IMG/VR virus record: IMGVR_UViG_3300046757_000313
Span: 1 to 25,993 of that record
Length of the DNA: 25,993 bases
Reading direction: 5' to 3' (one strand)
From: a virus
Taxonomy: Duplodnaviria > Caudoviricetes
Shown here: piece by piece, positions 8,210-17,112 of the stretch
Numbering within the stretch: position 1 is the stretch's first letter
Layout: the number at the start of each line of letters is the position of its first letter
Translations under genes and position numbers: made by a program
Notes under the pieces: model-generated
The model's input: the letters and a program-made list of their open reading frames with translations, nothing else
The model's database searches: none
What the model was told of the DNA's origin: nothing

Positions 8210-8440
8210 ATGTCACAACCACGCCAAAAAGATCCATCCGATCCACTTTATGATCCTAATGATAAGTGGAATGAATATAAGGTAGATCTACATTGTAATG
8301 AAACTCACGCCCCTGATGAGTGGGATCCAAAGACAGAAGGTAAGATTGCTAATCCAGAGAATCGTCACCAAGATAAGGTGTTAGATAAGTTCTGTGATGA
8401 TCACCCAGGTTCCCCTATGTGTAAAGTATTTGATGACTAA
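8210..8440 (+). CDS. cp12: CP12-like protein (C-terminal CP12 Cys pair)
   Basis: Ends LDKFCDDHPGSPMCKVFDD, matching the CP12 C-x8-C-x(3)-DD terminus; near talC. Confidence 0.7.
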   Translation: MSQPRQKDPSDPLYDPNDKWNEYKVDLHCNETHAPDEWDPKTEGKIANPENRHQDKVLDKFCDDHPGSPMCKVFDD

Positions 8441-8455
8441 TTGTCTACTTAGGTT

Positions 8456-8463
8456 GATAAATA
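8456..8463 (+). promoter_or_regulatory. T4-like late promoter
   Basis: GATAAATA 20 nt upstream of a tail-fibre-like gene. Confidence 0.65.
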
Positions 8464-8483
8464 AATCATACGGTTAAACTATT

Positions 8484-9026
8484 ATGGCTGCTGAAATTAA
8501 TACTGATGGTATTGTATTTTCCAATTCCACCACGGTCACCACTAGAGGGTGGATGACTCCAGATAATACAGCAATGTTTTTCTTTCAGGCAGCTGCTCCT
8601 ACTCATTGGGTGAAGAGTTCTACTCACAATGATAAGATGCTTAGAGTTGTGTCTGGAAATGGTGGTGGATCTGGTGGTGATATTAGTTTTGGTTCTTTTA
8701 CTGGACAAACATATTCATCACCATGGTCTTCTAATAGTTCGACAGATAACCACACTTTATCACAAAATAGAATTCCTTCACATACCCATAGTACTGAAGG
8801 AACTTCTCTATCGCCATTTCCACAAAATCCAAATGGAACTTTTAATGGTGGTGATGTGAATAAAGGTACTGGTTGGACTAGGAGCACCAGTAGCACTGGT
8901 GGGGTATCTGGTCCTTCACAACACAGTCATCCTTTTAGTGCCTCTGGAACTACACCAAACCTTGCCATAGGCATTAATGTTCAATACGTAGATATTATTC
9001 AGTGCAACTTCGATATCGACGCATAA
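8484..9026 (+). CDS. Short tail-fibre/collar-like structural protein, paralog 1
   Basis: FFQAAAPTHW.K, LRVV, G/S/T-rich, HTLS...IPSHTH and HSH motifs, QYVDIIQC end; late promoter upstream. Confidence 0.75.
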   Translation: MAAEINTDGIVFSNSTTVTTRGWMTPDNTAMFFFQAAAPTHWVKSSTHNDKMLRVVSGNGGGSGGDISFGSFTGQTYSSPWSSNSSTDNHTLSQNRIPSHTHSTEGTSLSPFPQNPNGTFNGGDVNKGTGWTRSTSSTGGVSGPSQHSHPFSASGTTPNLAIGINVQYVDIIQCNFDIDA

Positions 9027-9032
9027 TAAATA
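9025..9032 (+). promoter_or_regulatory. T4-like late promoter
   Basis: AATAAATA between the two fibre-like paralogs. Confidence 0.65.
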
Positions 9033-9066
9033 ACCATAGCAAACCCTTATTATTCAGTGAACTAAA

Positions 9067-9585
9067 ATGGCAGCAGAAATAGATGGGACTGGTATTCTCT
9101 TTAGTGATGGTACTAGACTAGATAGTAAGTATGATATTTTTGCCCAAAGTACTGCGTCGATATTTTTTCAGGCAGCAGCTCCAACTGGATGGTCAAAAAT
9201 CACATCCAATAACAATAAAGCACTTAGAGTTGTAACTGGAACAGGTGGTGGTACTGGAGGATCAAACTCTTTTACTAGTGCATTTCCATCCTCAAAACCT
9301 ATATCTGGCAATTTCCCTATTTCTGGAACAGTTGGTAACCACACTTTAACGTCAAACCAACTTCCAAGTCATACCCACGCTAATGGTGGTTCAGTTACAT
9401 TGAGTCCTGGTGGTGGCGATGTAAGATCTGGCGGTGGATGGTCACGAAGCACTCCAGGCACTGGTAACAATACTACTAATGCATCTGCACATAGTCATGG
9501 ATTTAGTAGTGGTAGTGCTTCATTCTCGGCTAACGTAAACCTTGCCGTGCAATATATTGATGTCATAGTTTGCTCTTTCAGTTGA
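9067..9585 (+). CDS. Short tail-fibre/collar-like structural protein, paralog 2
   Basis: MAAEI start shared with paralog 1; FFQAAAPTGWSK, HTLT..QLPSHTH, HSH, QYIDVIVC. Confidence 0.75.
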   Translation: MAAEIDGTGILFSDGTRLDSKYDIFAQSTASIFFQAAAPTGWSKITSNNNKALRVVTGTGGGTGGSNSFTSAFPSSKPISGNFPISGTVGNHTLTSNQLPSHTHANGGSVTLSPGGGDVRSGGGWSRSTPGTGNNTTNASAHSHGFSSGSASFSANVNLAVQYIDVIVCSFS

Positions 9586-9601
9586 TCTCCAATTTTTTAT
9601 T

Positions 9602-9961
9602 ATGATGAAATTCAAAAAAGAAGAACCAGGTAATTGGTGTCCTCTGATCAAAAAAGATTGCATAGAACATAAGTGTGCATGGTATATGCATATTCGTGGA
9701 ATGGATCCCAATACAGGACAAGATATTGATCACTGGGGATGTGCAGTGGGTTGGATGCCTACTCTCCTCATTGAAAATTCCCAACAACAGAGACAGACTG
9801 GTGCTGCTGTAGAATCTTTCCGCAATGAGACCGTTAAGGAGTCTCAAAAAAATCGTACTATGTACGAGGAAGTTTTGAAACAACAAACAATATTACCAGT
9901 TCAAGTTAATCCACTTGAAAACCTTTTAGAGGCATCCGATGAATCTGACAGTAATAATTGA
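9602..9961 (+). CDS. Cys-rich phage hypothetical protein of fibre modules
   Basis: CPLIKKDC...CAW...G.DPNTG..ID.WGCA..WMP.LLIENSQQQRQTGAAVESFRNE. Confidence 0.75.
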   Translation: MMKFKKEEPGNWCPLIKKDCIEHKCAWYMHIRGMDPNTGQDIDHWGCAVGWMPTLLIENSQQQRQTGAAVESFRNETVKESQKNRTMYEEVLKQQTILPVQVNPLENLLEASDESDSNN

Positions 9962-10583
9962 AGATAAAGCCATCTATGTTGATGGTTTTGTTGTACAACC
10001 TGCCGATATGAGTTGGTTTAATCCAGATGATTATGACCGAAAAGTTAATGCAATTCAGTGGGAGGAAGATCGTGGTGAGATTGAATATGTAGATGGACCT
10101 CCTACTTCCATCGATAATATTGACTTTTTAAAAGATGTAATTACTGTTCATCAACTTGCAAGAGAACAATTTGAGAAAGATCAAGAAACTTTCAAAAAAG
10201 AATGTGAACTGAGTACTCTTGTTGAGTACAATGGAGACGATCCTAAACTAGAGTTTGTGGACTATGATGAAACTCGCGATATTGACGAAGATAAACTAAA
10301 TGATATTCTGGATGAAATTGATTTTGATCTAGAAGATGAACCAGACAGAGGATATGCAGAATTAATCCATGCAGATGATGAAGATGGACCAGAATCTGTA
10401 GAAGATATACTTGGACTTGGGTCATTAGATCAGGAACCAGTGCCTCAAACAGAAGATAATGATATAATGCATGAAGATCTCCGTGATGCTCTTGATACTC
10501 AAGAGGATAGTTCGTATGAGATGGAAGAAGATGTAGAAAATCAAATCTACTATGACATTGAAGAATTACTCAAAGAGATATGA
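9939..10583 (+). CDS. Putative fibre-assembly-like protein with long acidic C-terminal extension
   Basis: N-terminus LTVIIEDKAIYVDG...VNAIQW...GEIEY; C-terminal half very D/E-rich; function inferred from context. Confidence 0.6.
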   Translation: MNLTVIIEDKAIYVDGFVVQPADMSWFNPDDYDRKVNAIQWEEDRGEIEYVDGPPTSIDNIDFLKDVITVHQLAREQFEKDQETFKKECELSTLVEYNGDDPKLEFVDYDETRDIDEDKLNDILDEIDFDLEDEPDRGYAELIHADDEDGPESVEDILGLGSLDQEPVPQTEDNDIMHEDLRDALDTQEDSSYEMEEDVENQIYYDIEELLKEI

Positions 10584-11728
10584 TTCCCGAACTCCAAGTC
10601 AATGATTATACTGTAGTCAGAAATTTCATTGATCAGGAAAGGGCAATAACACTGGGTTATGAATTCATGCATTTCTGTGAAGAACATGATGCTGCAGGTG
10701 ATAATCAGGCAGTAAACTCAAACTCAGTTCACAATTACTTACCCTTTCTTGAGTTACTTTGTGAAAAAACACCCGAGGTGAGTAAGATTGTTGGAGAAAC
10801 AGTTTTACCCACTTATGTTTATTCTAGAGTATATGGAAATGGTTCTGATTTAAAACGACATACTGATAAAGATGAGTGTGAGATTTCTCTTACACTCAAT
10901 TTGTGTGCAGATAGACCATGGAAAATATGGATTGAAACTCCGAAAGGCGAAAAAAGATCTGTGATGCTTGCTCCTGGAGATGCCATGTTCTATCATGGAT
11001 GTAATGCACCACACTGGAGAGATAACTATACTGGAACCTATTATACTCAAGCATTTCTACACTATGTGTATAGTAGAGGTGAACGTGTCAATTCTTACTT
11101 CGATAAGAAACGACCAGGTGTAAACAACTTTGAACGGAAAGCACCAAAACTTTTAGTAGAACCAGGAAGAGGTGAATCAATGATTAGCGATTACATCATG
11201 GTAATCAAGGGACTTGTGCCTGAAGATCTGTGCGATGATATTTTAAAAGAATTCCCAGAGAACTCTGTTTATTGGGAACCATCTTCCGTTGGTGATGGTG
11301 ATGTTCGTCGAGATGTCCGAAGTTGTAATACGATTGGATTATCTAAATTGCCATATCAAAACATGGTGTATGAGAATCTAGATTCTAGAATGTTTGAGTG
11401 TGCAGCAGAAGCAATCAAACAGTACAGAGAACGTTGGCCAGGTGTAGAAACTGGGATCGATACTGGGTATGATCTTCTTCGTTATAAGACTGGGGAGTTC
11501 TATACTCAACATACAGACTCATTCAAAGAACAACAAAGATCTGTAACTTGTTCTTTCCATATCAATGATGACTATGAAGGTGGTGAGTTTGCCTTTTTCA
11601 ATAGAGAAAAGGTATATAAATTTGAGAAAGGTGACGCGATTCTTTTCCCATCAAATTTTATGTTCCCGCATGAAATTTTGCCTGTAACTTCTGGAACACG
11701 GTACTCTATTATTACTTGGTATGTCTGA
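10580..11728 (+). CDS. Two-domain 2OG-Fe(II) oxygenase (prolyl-hydroxylase-like)
   Basis: Domain 1 LKRHTD..CEIS.T...HWR; domain 2 YTQHTD...NDDYEGGEF...FPSNFMFPHEILPVTSGTRYSIITW. Confidence 0.9.
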   Translation: MIPELQVNDYTVVRNFIDQERAITLGYEFMHFCEEHDAAGDNQAVNSNSVHNYLPFLELLCEKTPEVSKIVGETVLPTYVYSRVYGNGSDLKRHTDKDECEISLTLNLCADRPWKIWIETPKGEKRSVMLAPGDAMFYHGCNAPHWRDNYTGTYYTQAFLHYVYSRGERVNSYFDKKRPGVNNFERKAPKLLVEPGRGESMISDYIMVIKGLVPEDLCDDILKEFPENSVYWEPSSVGDGDVRRDVRSCNTIGLSKLPYQNMVYENLDSRMFECAAEAIKQYRERWPGVETGIDTGYDLLRYKTGEFYTQHTDSFKEQQRSVTCSFHINDDYEGGEFAFFNREKVYKFEKGDAILFPSNFMFPHEILPVTSGTRYSIITWYV

Positions 11729-12494
11729 TAAACTTAACGGTCTCCCAATGGTATATTGGTTGAGTTGTGACACAGATAGAATCGCTCGTATGGAATCCCA
11801 GTTTGATAAGTGGGGTATCCAAAATCAAAAATTTTGGTTTGGTAGTTTAAGGCCAGATCATTATGAAATGTGGAAAGATAAGGTATTCAAACCAGAATTA
11901 ATTCATCCAAGAGATTATCGATCCACATGTATTACGATCTCTACACTTGAGATGATTCGTTATTGGTTGGAGAATACCAATGACAAATATCTGATTCTAA
12001 TGGAAGATGATTATGATTTAGATCTGATCGAATATTGGCACTTCGATTGGAAAACTCTGATGAAGAATCTTCCCTATGATTGGGATTGTATTCAGTTGGG
12101 ATTTGAATCACAAGAATATATTTCTTTCTTCCTTCATCCAAAGACAAAACATAGTGCATTTGGACCTGTAATGATCAACAGGTGGTTTGCGGAGAAACTA
12201 CTTCGTATTCATACTGTTCAGAGAAAATACTTTTTCCTCAGGAGATTTGCTGGATATCCTGGTATTCGTTCTCTTGATATTGACCACTTCTTCGGATTTG
12301 TAGGCAGAACATATCAGATGCCACTGATCACTCAAGATCCTTACCTAGATAAAGTACCAAAGAAACATCACTTTGTCTGTAGAGATCTTTACTACGATTG
12401 GTGGGAAAATGAAAGAGATAATTACACTCTCAAAGAATTCTTCACTTATGGTAAACCTAACGACGGTGAAATGACTAAAATTGTTCGTTTATGA
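11721..12494 (+). CDS. GT25-like glycosyltransferase, paralog 1
   Basis: VYWLS....R...ME.QF, LILMEDD, LPYDWDCIQLG. Confidence 0.75.
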   Translation: MSDKLNGLPMVYWLSCDTDRIARMESQFDKWGIQNQKFWFGSLRPDHYEMWKDKVFKPELIHPRDYRSTCITISTLEMIRYWLENTNDKYLILMEDDYDLDLIEYWHFDWKTLMKNLPYDWDCIQLGFESQEYISFFLHPKTKHSAFGPVMINRWFAEKLLRIHTVQRKYFFLRRFAGYPGIRSLDIDHFFGFVGRTYQMPLITQDPYLDKVPKKHHFVCRDLYYDWWENERDNYTLKEFFTYGKPNDGEMTKIVRL

Positions 12495-13258
12495 AGTTAT
12501 CTAATCTACCTCCCATCTATTACCTCAATCTCCAAGAGAGGGAAGAGAGACGAGAGTATATGGAGAAGCAGTTTAAGAAATATGAGATCCGTAAGTGGAG
12601 ACGTTGTAACGGTTCTATTTTTGGTGAACAAAACTATGAACATTGGAAAAAGTTAGTTCTCGATGATGTTCTTAGGACTCCGAAAAGATTTTATAGTGTA
12701 CTGTTGAATCGATCTGAGATGATCGCTAACTTTCTCTTTGATCTAGATTCTGATATTGTTCTTCTATTGGAGGATGACTTATCTTTTCATACGGAAAGAT
12801 ATTTGAATTTTGAGTGGGAAGAGTTTATCGAACGTCTACCTCACAATTGGGATTGCGTTCAACTTCATATCATCGGTGAGAAGTTCATGCCTCTGACACT
12901 TTCACCTTGGTCGGTGAACAATCATAGTGCTGCAGCAATCTTGATTAATAAAAGGTATGCAGATAAGTATGTGAATATGTTCATGGAGAATGGTAAGTGG
13001 AGATTTCTGAACAACTATGGATACAGTAATGATATCCCTCAGTATCACTACCACTCTGCAGACTTCATCCCATATCAAGTAGGTACTACGTATTCTTTCC
13101 CTATGTTTGTAACCAACTCTAAGTTTGAGAGTGATGGTGCTGGAGTCAATGCCTTAGCTAAACGATCTGACGCAACTGTGTTAGAATGGTGGAAGAATAA
13201 TGAAAAGAGTTTGGAAGAAATGATGTATCTTGATCGTCCGATGTTCGCTCAACTATGA
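12491..13258 (+). CDS. GT25-like glycosyltransferase, paralog 2
   Basis: IYYLNL..REERREYMEKQF, LLLEDD, LPHNWDCVQL, SAAAILINKRYA. Confidence 0.8.
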   Translation: MKLSNLPPIYYLNLQEREERREYMEKQFKKYEIRKWRRCNGSIFGEQNYEHWKKLVLDDVLRTPKRFYSVLLNRSEMIANFLFDLDSDIVLLLEDDLSFHTERYLNFEWEEFIERLPHNWDCVQLHIIGEKFMPLTLSPWSVNNHSAAAILINKRYADKYVNMFMENGKWRFLNNYGYSNDIPQYHYHSADFIPYQVGTTYSFPMFVTNSKFESDGAGVNALAKRSDATVLEWWKNNEKSLEEMMYLDRPMFAQL

Positions 13259-14097
13259 AACTGAAAGGTCTTCCGACTTTATATTATCTGAATCTAGACG
13301 AACGACCAGATCGTAGGGAATACACAGAACTGCAGTACGACGAGTTGGGAATCACTAACTTCAAGAGATTTTCTGCGTCTGAGTATCAGTATCCAGACTT
13401 CGTTGATTGGAAACATAGAGTCATCCTCAACGATATGTCTGAGTGTGTTCGATGGAGACAACATATCCTAGAGATTGGTACTGCAATCTGCACTCTGGAT
13501 ATGATCAAACATTGGTTGACTACGACCAATGAGAAATATCTCCTATTGATGGAAGATGACTACGATTATCGATTCGTCAAGTATTGGCACTTCGATTGGG
13601 AATATTTGATGAATCATATTCCTTTTGATTGGGACTGTATTCAACTTGGATTTGAGAATGAACATGAGATTCCATGTTTCTTACATCCCATTAGATCACA
13701 TCATGATTACGGTCCTGTTCTGATCAATAGACCATATGCAGAGAAGTTGATGAGACTTTTTACAGATGGTGATCAATATAACTTCTCTCACAGAATTCAG
13801 AATTATAAGTGGGGAAAGATGTTGGATATGCCAAATAGGACTATTGATTATTTTATGTGTCACTCAGGTAATACATACTGTATGCCATTGATTAGTGTCA
13901 ATCCTCATATCGGTAGTTACGCTAAAAACATTGTAAGAAAAGACCGACCAGACTTGGAACTTGCCAGAAAGGCATATAATAAGTGGTGGACTGTTATGCG
14001 CGATGAGTATACTCTGGAAGAGTTTTTTATGTACGGTAAACCAAATGATTATGTGATCACTCCAGAAGAACCTGACATCGACGATTATTATGTTTGA
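13255..14097 (+). CDS. GT25-like glycosyltransferase, paralog 3
   Basis: YYLNLDERPDRREY, RFSA, LLMEDD, PFDWDCIQLG. Confidence 0.8.
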   Translation: MKLKGLPTLYYLNLDERPDRREYTELQYDELGITNFKRFSASEYQYPDFVDWKHRVILNDMSECVRWRQHILEIGTAICTLDMIKHWLTTTNEKYLLLMEDDYDYRFVKYWHFDWEYLMNHIPFDWDCIQLGFENEHEIPCFLHPIRSHHDYGPVLINRPYAEKLMRLFTDGDQYNFSHRIQNYKWGKMLDMPNRTIDYFMCHSGNTYCMPLISVNPHIGSYAKNIVRKDRPDLELARKAYNKWWTVMRDEYTLEEFFMYGKPNDYVITPEEPDIDDYYV

Positions 14098-14686
14098 ACA
14101 TGTAAGACACTTTGAGAAACAAATTGCAGACTTCTATGGTGCTCCATATGCAGTCGCAACAGATTCTTGTACTCATGCAGTTGAACTTTGTTTGAGGTTG
14201 CACCGCCCTTCAGTGGCATCTCTACCCAAACATACATATCTTTCCATTCCAATGACATTTATGAAGTTGGATATTCCCTTTATATGGACCCATCGTAAGT
14301 GGAGTGATATGTATACTATCAAGGGTACTAATATAATTGATGCTGCGGTTCTATGGGAACCAGATAGTTACCAATCAGATACCAATATGTGTCTGAGTTT
14401 TCAATTTAAGAAACATCTTGGATTGGGACGAGGTGGTATGATTCTTACAGATAATGAAAAAGACTATCATGAACTCCAGAAGATGTCCTATGATGGTAGA
14501 GATACGACTAAACCCTGGGCGGAACAAGACATCACTACGATTGGATATCATTACTACATGACCCCAGAAACAGCTATTGAAGGTTCACACAAGTTTGAAT
14601 TAGTTAAGAATTTGTTACCACAAGCTTGGTCATGGAAAGATTATCCTGACCTATCAAAATTAACGGTATTTCAATCAATTCTATGA
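14090..14686 (+). CDS. Short DegT/DnrJ/EryC1/StrS-family PLP aminotransferase
   Basis: FE..IA.F.GAPYAVATDSCTHAVELCL, IIDAA, SFQFKKHLGLGRGGMILTD, GYHYYM. Confidence 0.85.
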   Translation: MFEHVRHFEKQIADFYGAPYAVATDSCTHAVELCLRLHRPSVASLPKHTYLSIPMTFMKLDIPFIWTHRKWSDMYTIKGTNIIDAAVLWEPDSYQSDTNMCLSFQFKKHLGLGRGGMILTDNEKDYHELQKMSYDGRDTTKPWAEQDITTIGYHYYMTPETAIEGSHKFELVKNLLPQAWSWKDYPDLSKLTVFQSIL

Positions 14687-15189
14687 AACATATAGAACCT
14701 AAGTGGAATATTGATGAATTTCGCAAGTTAGATTATACTCGCGCAACTCATAACGATCCCCTACTCGTTACCGAATATCTATGGGCAGGACATGATAAGA
14801 ATAAACTGTCAATATATAAGTACCATGAACCTAAACCCATGCCAAAGTGTATGGATTATATTAAGGAACACTTTTCTTTTTGGTCCGATGTATGTGTTGC
14901 AGTAAACCATTTTACACCTGGACAATATCTACCCATGCATACCGACTTATATGGAAGATATGTTGAAATGACTGGGGCATCACCCTGTTTTATAATGCGA
15001 TGTATGGTTATGCTTCAGGATAGTTCTCCTGGACAAATCCTACAGATCCGAGATGATTGTCATGGTAAATGGTCCGCAGGTGATTGTTTTTACTGGGACT
15101 ATGATGCACCACATGCGTTCTACAATATGAGTATGGTTCCGAGATACGCAGTTCAAGTTACAGGTGTTTGTAATGCATATCCGATGTAA
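14683..15189 (+). CDS. Cupin-fold / 2OG-Fe(II)-type hydroxylase-like protein
   Basis: PGQYLPMHTD ... W.AGD...W....PHAFYN....RY..QVTG. Confidence 0.7.
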   Translation: MKHIEPKWNIDEFRKLDYTRATHNDPLLVTEYLWAGHDKNKLSIYKYHEPKPMPKCMDYIKEHFSFWSDVCVAVNHFTPGQYLPMHTDLYGRYVEMTGASPCFIMRCMVMLQDSSPGQILQIRDDCHGKWSAGDCFYWDYDAPHAFYNMSMVPRYAVQVTGVCNAYPM

Positions 15190-15949
15190 AATTTCAAGTA
15201 TTGATATACACATCACTCATCGATGTAACTTCACTTGTGATAGTTGCGCTCACTTTGCAAATCACAAATTCACAGGAGAAGTTACTTTTGATAACTTCAG
15301 GGAATGGGTAGATCTTTGGAAAGATAAACTTGATCCAGATAATATTGGTATACTAGGTGGTGAACCATTCTTAAATCCTAGAGTTGATGAGTACTGTGAA
15401 TATGCAAGAAAATCTTTTCCAAATTCTAGGATAGAACTAGTAACAAATGCATTTATCTTGAAGGATATATCTGAAACTCTGATTAAAAATGATATAGTTC
15501 TTGCAGTATCTGTTCACCACAACAACCCAGAATATAAGAAAACTCTTGCAAAAAACAAAAAAATTATTGAGAGTTGGGGTGTTAAGGTAGAATATTGGAA
15601 TAGTTTTCTGAGATGGCAAAAAGTTTATAAAGGATATGGGGAAGATATTGAACCCTATGAAGATAATGATCCAGAAAGTAGTTGGAATCACTGCCCTACT
15701 GGGCAGAACTGTTTCCAACTTCATGAAGGTAAAATGTGGAAGTGTGCGCCCTTGGCGTTCTTGCCAATGATGAATGAAAAGTATAAACTGTCTGAAAAGT
15801 GGAATAGATACTTAGAGTATGTTCCTCTGTCGTCAGATTGTACGACTGAAGAACTACAAAACTTTATCAATCGTGGTGCAGAATCTTATTGTTCTATGTG
15901 TCCATCTAAACCACAATATTTTATGAAAGACATGCCTTATGGGAAGTAA
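15173..15949 (+). CDS. Radical SAM enzyme with C-terminal Cys cluster
   Basis: CNFTCDSC, LGGEPFLNP, VTNA; C-terminal HCPTGQNC...KC...YCSMCP; ATG 15173 preferred over GTG 15164. Confidence 0.92.
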   Translation: MHIRCKISSIDIHITHRCNFTCDSCAHFANHKFTGEVTFDNFREWVDLWKDKLDPDNIGILGGEPFLNPRVDEYCEYARKSFPNSRIELVTNAFILKDISETLIKNDIVLAVSVHHNNPEYKKTLAKNKKIIESWGVKVEYWNSFLRWQKVYKGYGEDIEPYEDNDPESSWNHCPTGQNCFQLHEGKMWKCAPLAFLPMMNEKYKLSEKWNRYLEYVPLSSDCTTEELQNFINRGAESYCSMCPSKPQYFMKDMPYGK

Positions 15950-16901
15950 GAATGAATGGGGGCAACTCCGAAAAGTAATTGTAGGTCATGCTGAGGGTGC
16001 GAGAGTTCCTGAAATGGATAGAACTTTACGTCTAATCAACTATGCAGATCGTGAGGATGTTTCTGATGTTCCTTCTGGACTATACCCTCAACAGGTTATT
16101 GACGAAGCAAATCAAGATCTTGAGTTATTGGTAGATCTTTTCATCCAACTTGGAATTGCAGTTGGTAGACCTCATTATGAACCCACACCATACTATAATT
16201 ACTGCCCTAGAGATCTCGTATTTGTCCATGGTGATAAGACTTATGCAACACCCTCTCCACTGAAGGCAAGACAATTTAATTTTGGATCTATTTCCCATCA
16301 CTTCAATCAGTTGACTCCCATTACTCCCTCATATGAGACGGGATTATATAATGACAACTGTGTGGGGAATAAAGATATTCTTGCATTGACGGAAGAATGT
16401 CCTGCATTTGACGCTGCAAATGTTATTAGAGCGAATGATGATATTCTCTACTTGGTATCCAATAGTGGTAATATAAAAGGTGCTGAGAAACTGCAATCAC
16501 TCCTACCCGATGTAAAAGTGCATCTTTTGGAGGGAGTTTATAGTTACATGCATATAGATACTACAGTTGCATTTTTGAGGGAAGGATTGCTTCTCGCAAA
16601 TCCAGAAAGGATTAAAGATAGAGATGTTCTACCTGGACCATTCAGAGATTGGGATATCATTTGGTGTCCAGAACCTGTTGACATTGGTCACTATCCTGGT
16701 TATAATCATGCTTCAGAGTGGATAAATATGAATTTGTTCAGTATTAATCCAAATTTGGTGGTACTGGAAGAACATCAAGAACCAACCAGAAAGGTTTTGG
16801 AGAAACATGGAATTGAATGTGCTATGTTACCCATGAGACAGTCCAGAACTTTAAGTGGTTGTTTTCACTGCGTTACCTTAGATCTAGAAAGAGATGACTG
16901 A
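15939..16901 (+). CDS. Amidinotransferase (glycine / inosamine-phosphate amidinotransferase family)
   Basis: NEWGQLRKVIVG, NYCPRD, FDAAN, SNSGN, HIDTT, WINMN, GCFHCVTLDL; Asp-His-Cys triad present. Confidence 0.93.
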   Translation: MGSKNEWGQLRKVIVGHAEGARVPEMDRTLRLINYADREDVSDVPSGLYPQQVIDEANQDLELLVDLFIQLGIAVGRPHYEPTPYYNYCPRDLVFVHGDKTYATPSPLKARQFNFGSISHHFNQLTPITPSYETGLYNDNCVGNKDILALTEECPAFDAANVIRANDDILYLVSNSGNIKGAEKLQSLLPDVKVHLLEGVYSYMHIDTTVAFLREGLLLANPERIKDRDVLPGPFRDWDIIWCPEPVDIGHYPGYNHASEWINMNLFSINPNLVVLEEHQEPTRKVLEKHGIECAMLPMRQSRTLSGCFHCVTLDLERDD

Positions 16902-17112
16902 ACCAACTAAAATTCATCCGTCAGGATTGAATATCATTCAAAATGATAATGGATCTTATTCTTTTGAATGGGACGATAAAGACGAACGTTGGAGTTGGAT
17001 GAACGACTTGACGGACGAGGAAATTAAGGTTATTATTGAGGCTGCAATCGAGTACGAAGCTACTCGTCCAGTTGATGTTGAAACTATCGATGAGGTCTAT
17101 GATGACGTATGA
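16894..17112 (+). CDS. Acidic hypothetical protein (72 aa)
   Basis: ORF overlapping both neighbours. Confidence 0.7.
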   Translation: MTEPTKIHPSGLNIIQNDNGSYSFEWDDKDERWSWMNDLTDEEIKVIIEAAIEYEATRPVDVETIDEVYDDV

